From positions 1 to 61,731 of the forward strand of contig JBDRLQ010000025.1 of assembly GCA_043812915.1 (NCBI GenBank): 61,731 bases of DNA, written 5' to 3'. The translations under genes and the position numbers were made by a program. Origin of the DNA: Candidatus Micrarchaeota archaeon (lineage in GTDB: Archaea; Micrarchaeota; Micrarchaeia; Anstonellales; Bilamarchaeaceae). The notes under the pieces are model-generated. The model was not told where the DNA came from, did no database searches, and saw only the letters and a list, made by a program, of their open reading frames with translations. Below are positions 1 to 8,799 of the stretch, piece after piece (the first letter of the stretch is position 1; each line of letters begins with the position of its first letter).

Positions 1-1
1 C

Positions 2-298
2 CCCCAGCACACTGAGACTGTCCATGACAAGCTGCTCCAGTTTCGACTTTGCCCTCTCCAACATGCCCTGGTTGGAGTCTATGAAAAGAGCCCTGGTCAT
101 CCCATTGCGGAGCCCTTGCCTGAACTGCACGAGAAGGACATTCCTGAAAAAATCCCGCATGGGATATGCTGTGCCGCAGCCCAAATCCACTATGGTGTTC
201 CCGAAATGGGTACCTACATGGGCAAGAACATTGGCCATTGCCTTCCTGTGGCCAGTTACGCTCTGGTGGTAATCATAGCATTTGGCAAAGTCACCCAT
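2..298 (-). CDS. Class I SAM-dependent methyltransferase, partial (runs off the window start)
   Basis: Not in the ORF track. Manual translation: MGDFAKCYDYHQ...TIVDLGCGT...FIDSNQGMLERAK, giving motif I (DLGCGT) and the D-S-x-x-M-L motif. The frame is open upstream to about 375, so it may be fused to the next ORF. Confidence 0.8.
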   Translation of the reverse strand, partial: MGDFAKCYDYHQSVTGHRKAMANVLAHVGTHFGNTIVDLGCGTAYPMRDFFRNVLLVQFRQGLRNGMTRALFIDSNQGMLERAKSKLEQLVMDSLSVLG

Positions 299-329
299 AG
301 TCACCTGGACTTCTGCTGGCCGCCCCTCA

Positions 330-1145
330 TCAACCCCCGAATGTCCTCGCCCCATCAACCTTGCAGAGTATGTGCTCTTTCAGCATCCCATCCATTAGAT
401 CTTCAGTTATGAGGGATTTTGTCCTCCCATCAAGAATAGTGGAAAAGACCTCCAGGTCTGCTGTCAGGAGGTCAAACATGCTTATCGTATCGCCCGCGCT
501 CAGCGAAGCTTCCATGAACCTTTCCCTTGTGCCTTCTGGAATCAATATGCCATCCTTTCTCGCCGCCCCAAGGGCCATGATATCGAATAGGCTCTGGGGC
601 GGATTCAGATACAAGGATTCAGAGTTCCATGCGATGACATCATCTATCCCTGCGAACCGAGCAAAGTCGCCAAAGTCAGTTGGCTGGGTATTCTCATCCA
701 GGACAGCAATCGTATGGACGTTGCGCCCATACCATTCCCCCAGGTGTAAGAGCAGCCACCTCTGGCCATCCTGTCCGGAGTCCAAATGGGGGCCGACGAA
801 AACGAAGCAGTACCCCTCGCGCTCTAATATCAGCTGCAGTACACCAGCAGAATCTCCATGATAATGGAATATATCATACTCTTCCTGGTCAATTGCCTTT
901 GCCATCCTCTCAAGGATTCTTTTCTCCCCAGGGGCATCGCAGCCGGCGAATATTACTGAGGGGCTCATTTTCTTCCTGACTTTCTCAATCAGCGTCTCGC
1001 CTTCAGTTTTTTTTATTGCTGGTCTTTTTGAGTCTGGCACTTTCGAAACTGCGCTCCCCAAACAAGAATGAATTAGCTTCCTGATACCCCCACCTGGCTT
1101 TATGATGGCGCAAAATGCTTTAAAATGATGGCTACCATATTCCAA
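330..1145 (-). CDS. Hypothetical protein with a degenerate receiver (REC)-like domain; true start probably between 968 and 1061
   Basis: The spacing of VIFAGCD...EYDIF...GYCFVFVG...DGQ...HTIAVL...AGIDDVIAW matches the REC fold. The phospho-Asp position is G and the conserved Lys is absent. Confidence 0.5.
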   Translation of the reverse strand: MEYGSHHFKAFCAIIKPGGGIRKLIHSCLGSAVSKVPDSKRPAIKKTEGETLIEKVRKKMSPSVIFAGCDAPGEKRILERMAKAIDQEEYDIFHYHGDSAGVLQLILEREGYCFVFVGPHLDSGQDGQRWLLLHLGEWYGRNVHTIAVLDENTQPTDFGDFARFAGIDDVIAWNSESLYLNPPQSLFDIMALGAARKDGILIPEGTRERFMEASLSAGDTISMFDLLTADLEVFSTILDGRTKSLITEDLMDGMLKEHILCKVDGARTFGG

Positions 1146-1274
1146 TAGATTTTTTGAAAGAGATTGTCGCCCAAATTATTTTTTTCAGTAGCGAAGTGGT
1201 TGAGGCGCGAGAGGAAAAAAAGGAGAACTGCAAGATGCCTGTGCCTAGGAAAAATATCGCATCCAGGGTTGAAA

Positions 1275-2594
1275 ATGTTTGGGAAGAAGCAGATAGCCGC
1301 CCGCACGGGCGGCAGGTTGTTGCATGGAGCCGGAGGCCAGCCGTTCAGCTCTATTGCCGCCCCGATTGTGGAGCAGACCATAAAAACGGCCTGGGCCATT
1401 CATGATGCGCTGGAAAAGGCAAATGCCAGAAGGCATATGAAGAAAGGATTTACCCCGCTCGAGCTTGCACCCTACAGATTCGCCTGCGCTGTGAATACAA
1501 GGTCGACTTCAATCCCGGACGGCGTAATCGCGCTTATGCGGGAAATCGGCGCAAAAGAGGCCAGCATATACCTGAAGAAAGACGGGGAGGCCGCGCTGGG
1601 CCATTATCTTACAACTGATGGGTTCAGCGTGGATGCAAGGGGCGGCCCGCCGAACGACATGATAAAGGATGTGTTCGAGAGGGGGCATATGCAGATATGC
1701 GTTCCCCGCAAAAAAGGGAAATTGCCGCCAGGCAGGCTTTTCACCGCGACTATGGTCCCGGACGATATAAGCTTCACTTCTGAAGAGACCTGGGAATGCC
1801 ATGGCTACCATTGCTCGGTGCCGCTGATGGTCGTTGAAAAAGGAGAGGATGGCAAGACGGAATCGAAAAAGCTTGGGGTCCTTACGCTGACAGGGGATAA
1901 GAAAGCCGTCAGGAAAAGCAGCCTTGCCGGGAAAGAGTCGATTGAGAAGGTAGGAGTATTCATCGCAGAAGCCTCCAGGATACTCTCCACCATAGTTGAT
2001 GCAAGGTTCGATCCGCTGACAGGGCTTCCAAGGAGGCTTGAACTGATGGGACAGCTGCGGGAGATGACTGGTAAGCTGAAGAAAAATGATAACTTCGCCA
2101 TCCTCATGGTTGATATTGACCACTTCAAGAGAATCAATGATGACCATAGATATGGGCATGCTGTTGGCGACATGGTGCTGCGAAGCTTTGCCCAGATAGT
2201 CGGTTCCAGCATAAGGAGCAATATTGAGGCAAAGAGGGAGGACAATGCCGTGGACCTGCTCTTCCGCTACGGGGGGGAGGAATTCGTGATACTGCTCCCG
2301 AACCAGGATGCAGAGAAGGCGCTCCTGATTGCGGAAAGGCTCAGGATGAAAGTTGAAGGCACTCCCATAAAGATTGGTGATGAGGAAATCCGCATCACCT
2401 GCAGCATCGGGGTTGTTGATGCCCTTGCGGTGAAAGGGAATGGCGGCAGGCCTCCTGAGAGGCACCTTGCCGAGATGATGACGAGTGTGGCTGACAGGGC
2501 GATGTACCACGCCAAGAATAAAGGAAGGAACGGGGTTGCTACCGTCATAAGGGTCAATGATGAGCTGGTATTTTCGCATGCCGTCCCGAATTAG
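1275..2594 (+). CDS. GAF-GGDEF diguanylate cyclase
   Basis: DPLTGL, MVDIDHFKRIND, YGHAVGD, RYGGEEF, TCSIGV and ADRAMYHAKNKGRN are all present. A GAF-like segment lies upstream (ASIYL...SVPLM...LGVLTL). ATG 1275 chosen as start. Confidence 0.93.
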   Translation: MFGKKQIAARTGGRLLHGAGGQPFSSIAAPIVEQTIKTAWAIHDALEKANARRHMKKGFTPLELAPYRFACAVNTRSTSIPDGVIALMREIGAKEASIYLKKDGEAALGHYLTTDGFSVDARGGPPNDMIKDVFERGHMQICVPRKKGKLPPGRLFTATMVPDDISFTSEETWECHGYHCSVPLMVVEKGEDGKTESKKLGVLTLTGDKKAVRKSSLAGKESIEKVGVFIAEASRILSTIVDARFDPLTGLPRRLELMGQLREMTGKLKKNDNFAILMVDIDHFKRINDDHRYGHAVGDMVLRSFAQIVGSSIRSNIEAKREDNAVDLLFRYGGEEFVILLPNQDAEKALLIAERLRMKVEGTPIKIGDEEIRITCSIGVVDALAVKGNGGRPPERHLAEMMTSVADRAMYHAKNKGRNGVATVIRVNDELVFSHAVPN

Positions 2595-2637
2595 AAATCT
2601 TTTTAACTACGTTCAGAAAATAGAAGTTCTGCATTCT

Positions 2638-2709
2638 GCCTCGGTAGCTCAGCGGTGGAGCGATCGCTTCGTAAGCGATAGGTCGGGGGTTCAAATCCCT
2701 CTCGGGGCT
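2638..2709 (+). tRNA. tRNA-Thr(CGT)
   Basis: Acceptor stem GCCTCGG/TCGGGGC; anticodon arm ATCGC-TTCGTAA-GCGAT; T-loop GGTTCAAATCC; TATA-like TTTTTAAC at about 2600. Confidence 0.95.
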
Positions 2710-2738
2710 TTTATTAAGTTCTCCTTCCATTCAAACCC

Positions 2739-3173
2739 ATGCGCCTCTGGAGCATCCATCCCAAATACCTAGACCGCGCCGGCCTGATTGCCCTCTGGAG
2801 AGAGGCACTGCTAGCCAAAAAGGTACTGCAGGGAAGGACAAGAGGATACCGGAATCATCCGCAGCTAGATAGGTTCAAGAGGCAGACCTGCCCGGTTGCC
2901 GCAATCAGTTCGTTCCTTCTGGAAATCTGGAAGAAAGGCAGGGCAAGAGGATACAGGTTCGATGGCAGGAAAACCGGAGTAAGACGCGCTTCAGGGAAGA
3001 TTCCGGTTACTTCCGGCCAGCTGGAATACGAGTTTGCGCTGCTTAAAAAGAAGCTTGGTAGGAGGGACCGGAAAAAACTCTTGGAATTATCCGGAATCAA
3101 AGCGCCAACTGCCCATCCACTCTTCAGGATAAAGAAGGGAAAGGCCGAGCCCTGGGAGAGGATTAAGGGTTGA
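2739..3173 (+). CDS. Pyrimidine dimer DNA glycosylase / T4 endonuclease V-like DNA lyase
   Basis: Family signature MRLWSIHPKYLD..GLIALWRE.LLA.KVL.G.T.GY.NHPQL.RF. Confidence 0.88.
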   Translation: MRLWSIHPKYLDRAGLIALWREALLAKKVLQGRTRGYRNHPQLDRFKRQTCPVAAISSFLLEIWKKGRARGYRFDGRKTGVRRASGKIPVTSGQLEYEFALLKKKLGRRDRKKLLELSGIKAPTAHPLFRIKKGKAEPWERIKG

Positions 3174-3642
3174 GCAGCCAGATTGAGAAATTCAATATTG
3201 CAGCAAAGCTCACCCAAAGTATGTAGGGCACAAGCAGCCATGCAGCATTCCTTGACAGCCTCCCAAAGCTCATTATGGTCATCGCTATTGCCGCCCAGAG
3301 AATCAGGATTTCGATAAAAGCTGGGCCAGGAGACTGCAGGCCAAAGAATATTATCGACCAGAGCGCATTCAGTACAAGCTGCGCCCCGAACCAGCCAAGT
3401 GCAAATTTTACTTCCTGCGTTTTCCAGCCCTTTTCCCATACAATGTATGCGGCAATACCCATCAGCGCATAAAGTGTAATCCAAACAGGCCCGAAAATCC
3501 AGTTCGGAGGCGCGAATGAGGGCCGCTCTAAATAAGCATACCAGGAACCGATAGAATCGAAAGTGAAGAATGAGCCGATTATACCGGCCATCTGGCTGAG
3601 CAGTATGAAGAAGAGAAGATACGCGATGCTCCTGACTTTCAT
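3163..3642 (-). CDS. tspO: TspO/MBR tryptophan-rich sensory protein
   Basis: WYAYLERPSFAPPNWIFGPVWITLY, LNALWSIIFFG, LLVPYILWVSFA. Confidence 0.95.
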   Translation of the reverse strand: MKVRSIAYLLFFILLSQMAGIIGSFFTFDSIGSWYAYLERPSFAPPNWIFGPVWITLYALMGIAAYIVWEKGWKTQEVKFALGWFGAQLVLNALWSIIFFGLQSPGPAFIEILILWAAIAMTIMSFGRLSRNAAWLLVPYILWVSFAAILNFSIWLLNP

Positions 3643-3663
3643 GGAAAAAAGGAAAAAAGAGGC

Positions 3664-4848
3664 TTAGCGCCTCTTGACCGGATGCTCATCGAGCATCCTG
3701 GTCAGCTCGCCCTCGAATACCTCATCCTCCCCCAGTCTCTTGTGGGCAACGATGCGGGAATCCCTGTATTTCGAGATGGTTGATACTTCCCTGAGGGAGT
3801 CCAGGTCGGTGCACAGGAGGCCGACGGCGGCAAGCCTTGCATCCTTATACCTGGAACTGCTGGCGACTGTCGCAAGGGTCTTGCCGTTGCCTTCAAGCTT
3901 CTCAATCGCCAGGTACCGGTCCTCCTCATAAGGTGAGAACTTGGCGACTGCGGAGAGCAGCTCGGCATCCCTGATTTTCTCGGTAGAGTCCGATAGCAGC
4001 ATCATGGCGGTGTTGCGCGCGTCCTTGAAGTTGGAGTGCTCATATATGTCCAGAAGCATGCGGTTGTCTGAGGAGAGGTTGCTGACCGCAAGGTACCGGC
4101 ACTCGGCAAAGGGGGAGCTCATCGCGACCTCCATCAGCACTTCCGGATCTTCCAGCTCTTCCACCATGTTGGATAGCACCTTCAGCGCGCCCCTCCGGGT
4201 GTCTGAGAACGGCGAGTCATTTGCGACCTTGCGCAGGCAGTCCACGTTCCGGCCAAGGGCGCGGAGGGCCTCTTTCCTCGTATTGGGGTGCTCGGAATCG
4301 ACCGCGATTCGCACAAGGTATTCGGGCTTCTTAAGGAGGAACCCGACGGATGCGCTCCGCGTGTCCTTGTAGTCGGAATTGACCGCGATTCTTGAGAGCA
4401 GGTGGTACTTGCTCTTGAGCTTGAACACCGCCCTCAGGCGCGTGTCCGAGTAATGGGAGCTGCAGGCAACGATTACCAATGCCCCCTTGTGCCTGGTGAG
4501 CATGCGAACTGCCTTTTCACGGGTGTCTCTTTTCGGGGAATACTTCGCAAGCTCGATTAGTGACTGCAAATCATCCTGCAGGAGAACAACCGCGGCAAGC
4601 CGGGTGTGCCTGTACTTCGCGTATTTCGCGATTTCAGTCAGAATCTCAGCGTTTCCCTTGAGCCTCTGCATGGCCCGGGACGCTTCTTCCGAGCTTCCTT
4701 CAAGAATTGACTTTGCAAGATGCCGCAGGCTGAACCGGTCAGGCTGGGCCCCATGGGAGGGTTTCTTGAAGGAAGGTTTCCTTCCTGGTTCTTTTACTGA
4801 TTTAAGCAGGGGCTCTGGTCGGAGCTTCCTGCTCGATAGGGTCGCCAT
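3664..4848 (-). CDS. Alpha-helical (HEAT/LRV-like) tandem-repeat protein
   Basis: About 11 repeats of ~27 aa, consensus L..(I/V)A..S.Y.DTR..AV..L. Confidence 0.75.
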   Translation of the reverse strand: MATLSSRKLRPEPLLKSVKEPGRKPSFKKPSHGAQPDRFSLRHLAKSILEGSSEEASRAMQRLKGNAEILTEIAKYAKYRHTRLAAVVLLQDDLQSLIELAKYSPKRDTREKAVRMLTRHKGALVIVACSSHYSDTRLRAVFKLKSKYHLLSRIAVNSDYKDTRSASVGFLLKKPEYLVRIAVDSEHPNTRKEALRALGRNVDCLRKVANDSPFSDTRRGALKVLSNMVEELEDPEVLMEVAMSSPFAECRYLAVSNLSSDNRMLLDIYEHSNFKDARNTAMMLLSDSTEKIRDAELLSAVAKFSPYEEDRYLAIEKLEGNGKTLATVASSSRYKDARLAAVGLLCTDLDSLREVSTISKYRDSRIVAHKRLGEDEVFEGELTRMLDEHPVKRR

Positions 4849-4899
4849 GTTACATTTTCTCCGAAATAAATAAAAAGCGTTATGCTGTTTTTTCGAGAT

Positions 4900-5295
4900 T
4901 TACCCCGAATTTTCCGAAATTCTGGAATATCCGTAGAGCATATTCGCAAGGCTAAGAGCGAAAAATGGCAGCGCGACCCAGAAATTTGCGCTCATGAATC
5001 CGATTATGAATCCCAGGACGCCGATTACGGCCGGAAAGATGATTGCAATCTTGTGCAGTTTCGGTGTTCTGGAGGCCATAGGAAGGATGCCAACGAGATA
5101 ATAGAGCATGTCTATAAGGGCAACAAGGGCGATGATGAGGATCGCATAGCTGGAGAATGGCTGGAAAAAGGACCCGGACGAAAGCGGGGCGGGCTCGCCA
5201 ATGGCCCCTGACTGGACTGTGAAGAAAAGGACGAAAAGCATCGCGGCGGATATCCCGGCCGACATCAGCAGCAGGTAGCTTTTCGGAGCGCTCAT
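4900..5295 (-). CDS. Hypothetical membrane protein (about 4 TM)
   Basis: Hydrophobic segments. Start moved to ATG 5295 (MSAPK) because the longer ORF overlaps tRNA-Pro. Confidence 0.7.
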   Translation of the reverse strand: MSAPKSYLLLMSAGISAAMLFVLFFTVQSGAIGEPAPLSSGSFFQPFSSYAILIIALVALIDMLYYLVGILPMASRTPKLHKIAIIFPAVIGVLGFIIGFMSANFWVALPFFALSLANMLYGYSRISENSG

Positions 5296-5309
5296 TAAGG
5301 ACACCAGAA

Positions 5310-5382
5310 TGGGGGAGCTGAGATTTGAACTCAGATAACAAGCTCCCAAAGCTTACAGCATACCAGGTTAGCTCACTCCCCC
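5310..5382 (-). tRNA. tRNA-Pro(TGG)
   Basis: Reverse complement GGGGGAG...TAAGC-TTTGGGA-GCTTG...GAGTTCAAATCTC...CTCCCCCA. Confidence 0.92.
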
Positions 5383-5477
5383 GTTAAGTTTAGATGTGTT
5401 GGGAGATGCATCTTAAAAAACCACTCCCAGAGATTATAGTGATACAAAGAGTTTAAAAGTGCTTTTATCTTCAAAAA

Positions 5478-5870
5478 TCAGCAGTTCCTTCTTCTGACGA
5501 GCACGTGCACATTGCCGAATTTCTTTAGGAAAAAGCCGTTCCTTGAGTACAGGTCGATTGCCGGATTCGAGACCTTCGCCTTCAGGTAAATCGGCTTGTC
5601 TGACCTGTCGTACAGCTCGCACATCCTCTCGATCAGGGTTGATCCGACCCCCTGCCCGCGGTGGCTCTCCTCCACGCCCAGGCCCTGCAGGATTACCTTG
5701 TCATCAAGCTCGATGATGTGGGCGAATCCGAGGAGCTTTCCATCCTCCTCTGCAAGAAGCATGCGGTCATCCTCGCCCAGCTCCACGTCTGCATCCGGAA
5801 AGACATCAAGAATAAAGTCAAGCAGGCCCTCCATTTCGTGGGGCTCGGCCAGACGGACATAACAGGTCAT
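5478..5870 (-). CDS. GNAT-family N-acetyltransferase
   Basis: Motif A V...HRGQGVGSTL; NPAIDLYSRNGF. Confidence 0.9.
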   Translation of the reverse strand: MTCYVRLAEPHEMEGLLDFILDVFPDADVELGEDDRMLLAEEDGKLLGFAHIIELDDKVILQGLGVEESHRGQGVGSTLIERMCELYDRSDKPIYLKAKVSNPAIDLYSRNGFFLKKFGNVHVLVRRRNC

Positions 5871-6493
5871 AACAGTATTACTGCTGCGTTCGTGTTTTTA
5901 TTGGTTATCGTTACATCGCATGCCTTCATTGTGTTGGCAGCAGGGATTTTTACGAGGGTGGTGGGACCGATGTGTCCCATTCCGGAGTGTTCGTGGATAT
6001 GGCCGAAAAAAGCGGCCAGGGGCTTCCTCTCCTCGATGACCCTGCGCACGGACTCGCTGCCAGCGTGGAATCCCTTGCCCACATCATCGAAATGCCCCTT
6101 TGGGGGGCAGTGGAGCATGAGCAGGGTATTCCCGTCAATCGGGAGCTTTGAGAGCCTCCGGTAGATTTCCTCCTCCGTAAGCTCGCCATATGTGCCAAAG
6201 GGGGTGTGGTTGCTGTAGCCGAAGCCGACCACGTTCAGGCCATCTTCGATTTCCACCCTCTTCTCATGGATGGAGCCCGGGCTGCCAAGAATCAGTTTAT
6301 TGGCCTGCTCGCCCTCCCCGTTGCCAGGGATTATGAAGGCCTTCGGAAATGCGCTCAGCACAGCCTCGGCAAAGGCGTTGGTCGAGGAGGAATCCCCGCA
6401 TATGAAAACATGGTCGAATTGCCCGGCGACCCCCCGAAGGGCCAGCAGGGCATATTCATCATCATGCAGGTCTGAAAAGGCGAGAATCCTCAT
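5867..6493 (-). CDS. Calcineurin-like metallophosphoesterase
   Basis: SDLH, CGD, PGN, HCPP, GHIHE. The GNH motif appears as GNG. Confidence 0.9.
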   Translation of the reverse strand: MRILAFSDLHDDEYALLALRGVAGQFDHVFICGDSSSTNAFAEAVLSAFPKAFIIPGNGEGEQANKLILGSPGSIHEKRVEIEDGLNVVGFGYSNHTPFGTYGELTEEEIYRRLSKLPIDGNTLLMLHCPPKGHFDDVGKGFHAGSESVRRVIEERKPLAAFFGHIHEHSGMGHIGPTTLVKIPAANTMKACDVTITNKNTNAAVILL

Positions 6494-7320
6494 TCCCGGT
6501 TTCCCTTCTCGTCCTTAACCTTCTTGTACTCGGCCATTATCTCGTTGTAGCGCTTGATGAATTCCTCGGTGAGCTTCTTGGATATGTCGCGCTTGGTGAA
6601 GGCGTCGGCCTTTGCAGCCATCGAGAGCTTGTTCGCCAGAAGGCGCGCGATCTTTCCGCGGACGCTCTTCGGGGAGCTGGCAATCTTTGCGTGCTGGAAA
6701 ATCAGGCCGTGCTTGGGCGGCCTCACTTTCTTGTTCTTTAGGTGCTTGAACAGCGCTTTCTCAGCGCCCAGCACCTGTATCGTGCTTGAAGGAAGCATGG
6801 CAAGCTTGTTCAGGGAGCCGATGTGGGATACCAGCTTCGCCGCGATGTCCGGCCCGCCAACCTTCGACATGTTGGGGCAGAGCTCCTCGGCAAGATTCTT
6901 CTGGTATTCCTCGTATTCAGTCCGGAGGGCGTCCATCTGGATGATGGAGCGCGCAAGGGAATGGCACTGCGCAAGGTCTTTCGGCTCCAGCTTGGTGCCA
7001 AGGCTCTTTTCAGCCTTTGTTGCAAGCTCATCGGCCTTCTTCTGGCCAACGATTTTGGAAAGCTCCTTCTTGTCAATGTCATTGCGGTCGAGCATGAGCA
7101 CAAGCTCGGCGTACTTGATAGGCTCATCAATCTTGAGCTCCGGGAAGTATATCCCGTACCAGTCCTCCAGCCTCTCGACCAGCTGGTTGATGATTTTGTT
7201 AAGGTCGTCAATGGTCTTGGTGACCCCTGAGAGCAGCATGTCCCTGCTCTTTAGCGCCTCTGAAACCGTGCGCTTGGATTTCTTGAAGAACCTCTCCCTC
7301 TTTCCTTTATCCTCTTTCAT
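6490..7320 (-). CDS. nop5: C/D box sRNP core protein Nop5 (short form)
   Basis: ERLEDWYGIYFPEL, LPSSTIQVLGAEKALF, PKHGLIFQH, RGKIAR.LANK. Confidence 0.93.
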   Translation of the reverse strand: MKEDKGKRERFFKKSKRTVSEALKSRDMLLSGVTKTIDDLNKIINQLVERLEDWYGIYFPELKIDEPIKYAELVLMLDRNDIDKKELSKIVGQKKADELATKAEKSLGTKLEPKDLAQCHSLARSIIQMDALRTEYEEYQKNLAEELCPNMSKVGGPDIAAKLVSHIGSLNKLAMLPSSTIQVLGAEKALFKHLKNKKVRPPKHGLIFQHAKIASSPKSVRGKIARLLANKLSMAAKADAFTKRDISKKLTEEFIKRYNEIMAEYKKVKDEKGNRE

Positions 7321-7390
7321 AAATCGGCACCTTCTGCATTCTGGATTTTGATAAAATACATATATAAACGTTGATAATCAAGAAAAAAAC

Positions 7391-7888
7391 ATGGTTGATG
7401 CAGAAAAGCTCACAAAGGACACTATCAACAATGGCGGAGTGCTTGCGCTCCTCTATTTTGACATACATGCGAAGGACAAGGAAGCCGTGCAAACGCTCGG
7501 TGCCGGATTCGTAAAGCACCTGCTCGAGAACCCGGGGGTGGCATTCGCGCTCGGGGAGATAGATGAGCCTGTAGAAGCCGAGGAAGGCCAGAACTGCTCA
7601 TCTTCCATAGAGGTAAAGCTGCTCACGAAGGATTTCCTGACCCTTGCGAACATCTGCATGGAGAACAGCCCTTTCACGGTGGAAATCCTGAGACCGGATA
7701 CCATAGAGCTGCCCCTGGACAAGGCGCACCACCTGCTCGGCAACATCGCCGCTACGACGGCGGAATACAAGAGGATGATTCTGACCAAGGTGGCATCGCC
7801 GGCTGAGATGGCCGAGTTCCAGAAGCAGATGAAGGCAAGGGCCGAGATGGGCAAGAGGATACTTCAGAAGAAAGAGGGTGAAGAATAG
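7391..7888 (+). CDS. Hypothetical protein
   Basis: Clean ORF with host codon usage, abutting the downstream ATPase gene. Confidence 0.75.
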   Translation: MVDAEKLTKDTINNGGVLALLYFDIHAKDKEAVQTLGAGFVKHLLENPGVAFALGEIDEPVEAEEGQNCSSSIEVKLLTKDFLTLANICMENSPFTVEILRPDTIELPLDKAHHLLGNIAATTAEYKRMILTKVASPAEMAEFQKQMKARAEMGKRILQKKEGEE

Positions 7889-8722
7889 ATGGAAAGGAAA
7901 TTCGTAAAAAGCGGCATACCCGGCCTTGACAGGGTCCTTGGCGGCGGGTTCCTCGAGGGTTCGATTACCACGATAGGCGGCGCGACGGGCTGCGGAAAGA
8001 GCACCTTCGCAATGCAGTTCCTGTACAACGGAGCCACGAAGCACAACGAGCCCGGCCTCTACATCGCAATCGAGGAGAGCCGGGATGACATGCTCTTCCA
8101 CATGAGCGGATACATCTGGGACATCAGGAATGCCGAGCAGGAGAAGAAGATACTGTTCCTGGACTATCCGGTATACGAGGTCTCCCAGTTCATGGACCAG
8201 TATGGGGCCATCCAGGAGATCATCAACTCCGCCGGGGTGAAAAGGGCGGTCGTTGACTCCGTCATGCCCGTTGCCCTGTTCTTCCCATCCGAGGATGAGA
8301 GGAAGAAGGGATTCCTCAAGCTCATAGACAACATCAGGAAATGGGGGACGACCACGCTTATTGTTTCGGAGGATACCAAGCCGCAGGGCAAGGAGGTCCT
8401 TCCGAATACGACCTATGAGATTGAGAGCTTCACCGACGGCTGGATTAACCTGGCCTACCAGTATGACGAGAAGAAGGATGAGAGGGTGAGGTACGTGGAA
8501 GTCCTGAAGATGAAGGGGGTAAAGCACTTATCGAAGCCCTTCCCGGCCGACATAGATGACGAGGGTTTCATGGTGCACAGCGGGATTGCGCCCGCGCCTT
8601 CCCCAAAGCCTGCTGCAAAAACGCCTGTTGCCAGCGCCCCGAAGAAGCCGGCAGAATCCCAGGCAAAGAGCGCCCTGGTAAGGAAAGTCGTCCGGAAAAC
8701 GCTTGGCATCAGGAAAAGATAG
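7889..8722 (+). CDS. Single-domain KaiC/RAD55-like RecA-fold ATPase with a Pro/Ala/Lys tail
   Basis: SGIPGLD.VLGGG, Walker A GATGCGKS, IEE, VVDS, VLKMKG. Confidence 0.9.
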   Translation: MERKFVKSGIPGLDRVLGGGFLEGSITTIGGATGCGKSTFAMQFLYNGATKHNEPGLYIAIEESRDDMLFHMSGYIWDIRNAEQEKKILFLDYPVYEVSQFMDQYGAIQEIINSAGVKRAVVDSVMPVALFFPSEDERKKGFLKLIDNIRKWGTTTLIVSEDTKPQGKEVLPNTTYEIESFTDGWINLAYQYDEKKDERVRYVEVLKMKGVKHLSKPFPADIDDEGFMVHSGIAPAPSPKPAAKTPVASAPKKPAESQAKSALVRKVVRKTLGIRKR

Positions 8723-8799
8723 CAGAAACCCTTTTTTCATTTTACCTTCCCCTGGATGCCGATGAAAAAGGAGGCGGCGCGGGGAATGAAAGGTGCGGG

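Noticed and set aside
1509..2579. Long antisense ORFs (for example 1509..2579, 7598..8527, 37455..38318, 57925..58782)
   Set aside because: These are shadow frames of well-supported genes and have no recognisable motifs.
5296..5349. N-terminal extension of ORF 4900..5349
   Set aside because: It overlaps tRNA-Pro.
7889..8722. Circadian KaiC clock
   Set aside because: Single domain with no kaiA or kaiB nearby; this is a common archaeal ATPase family.
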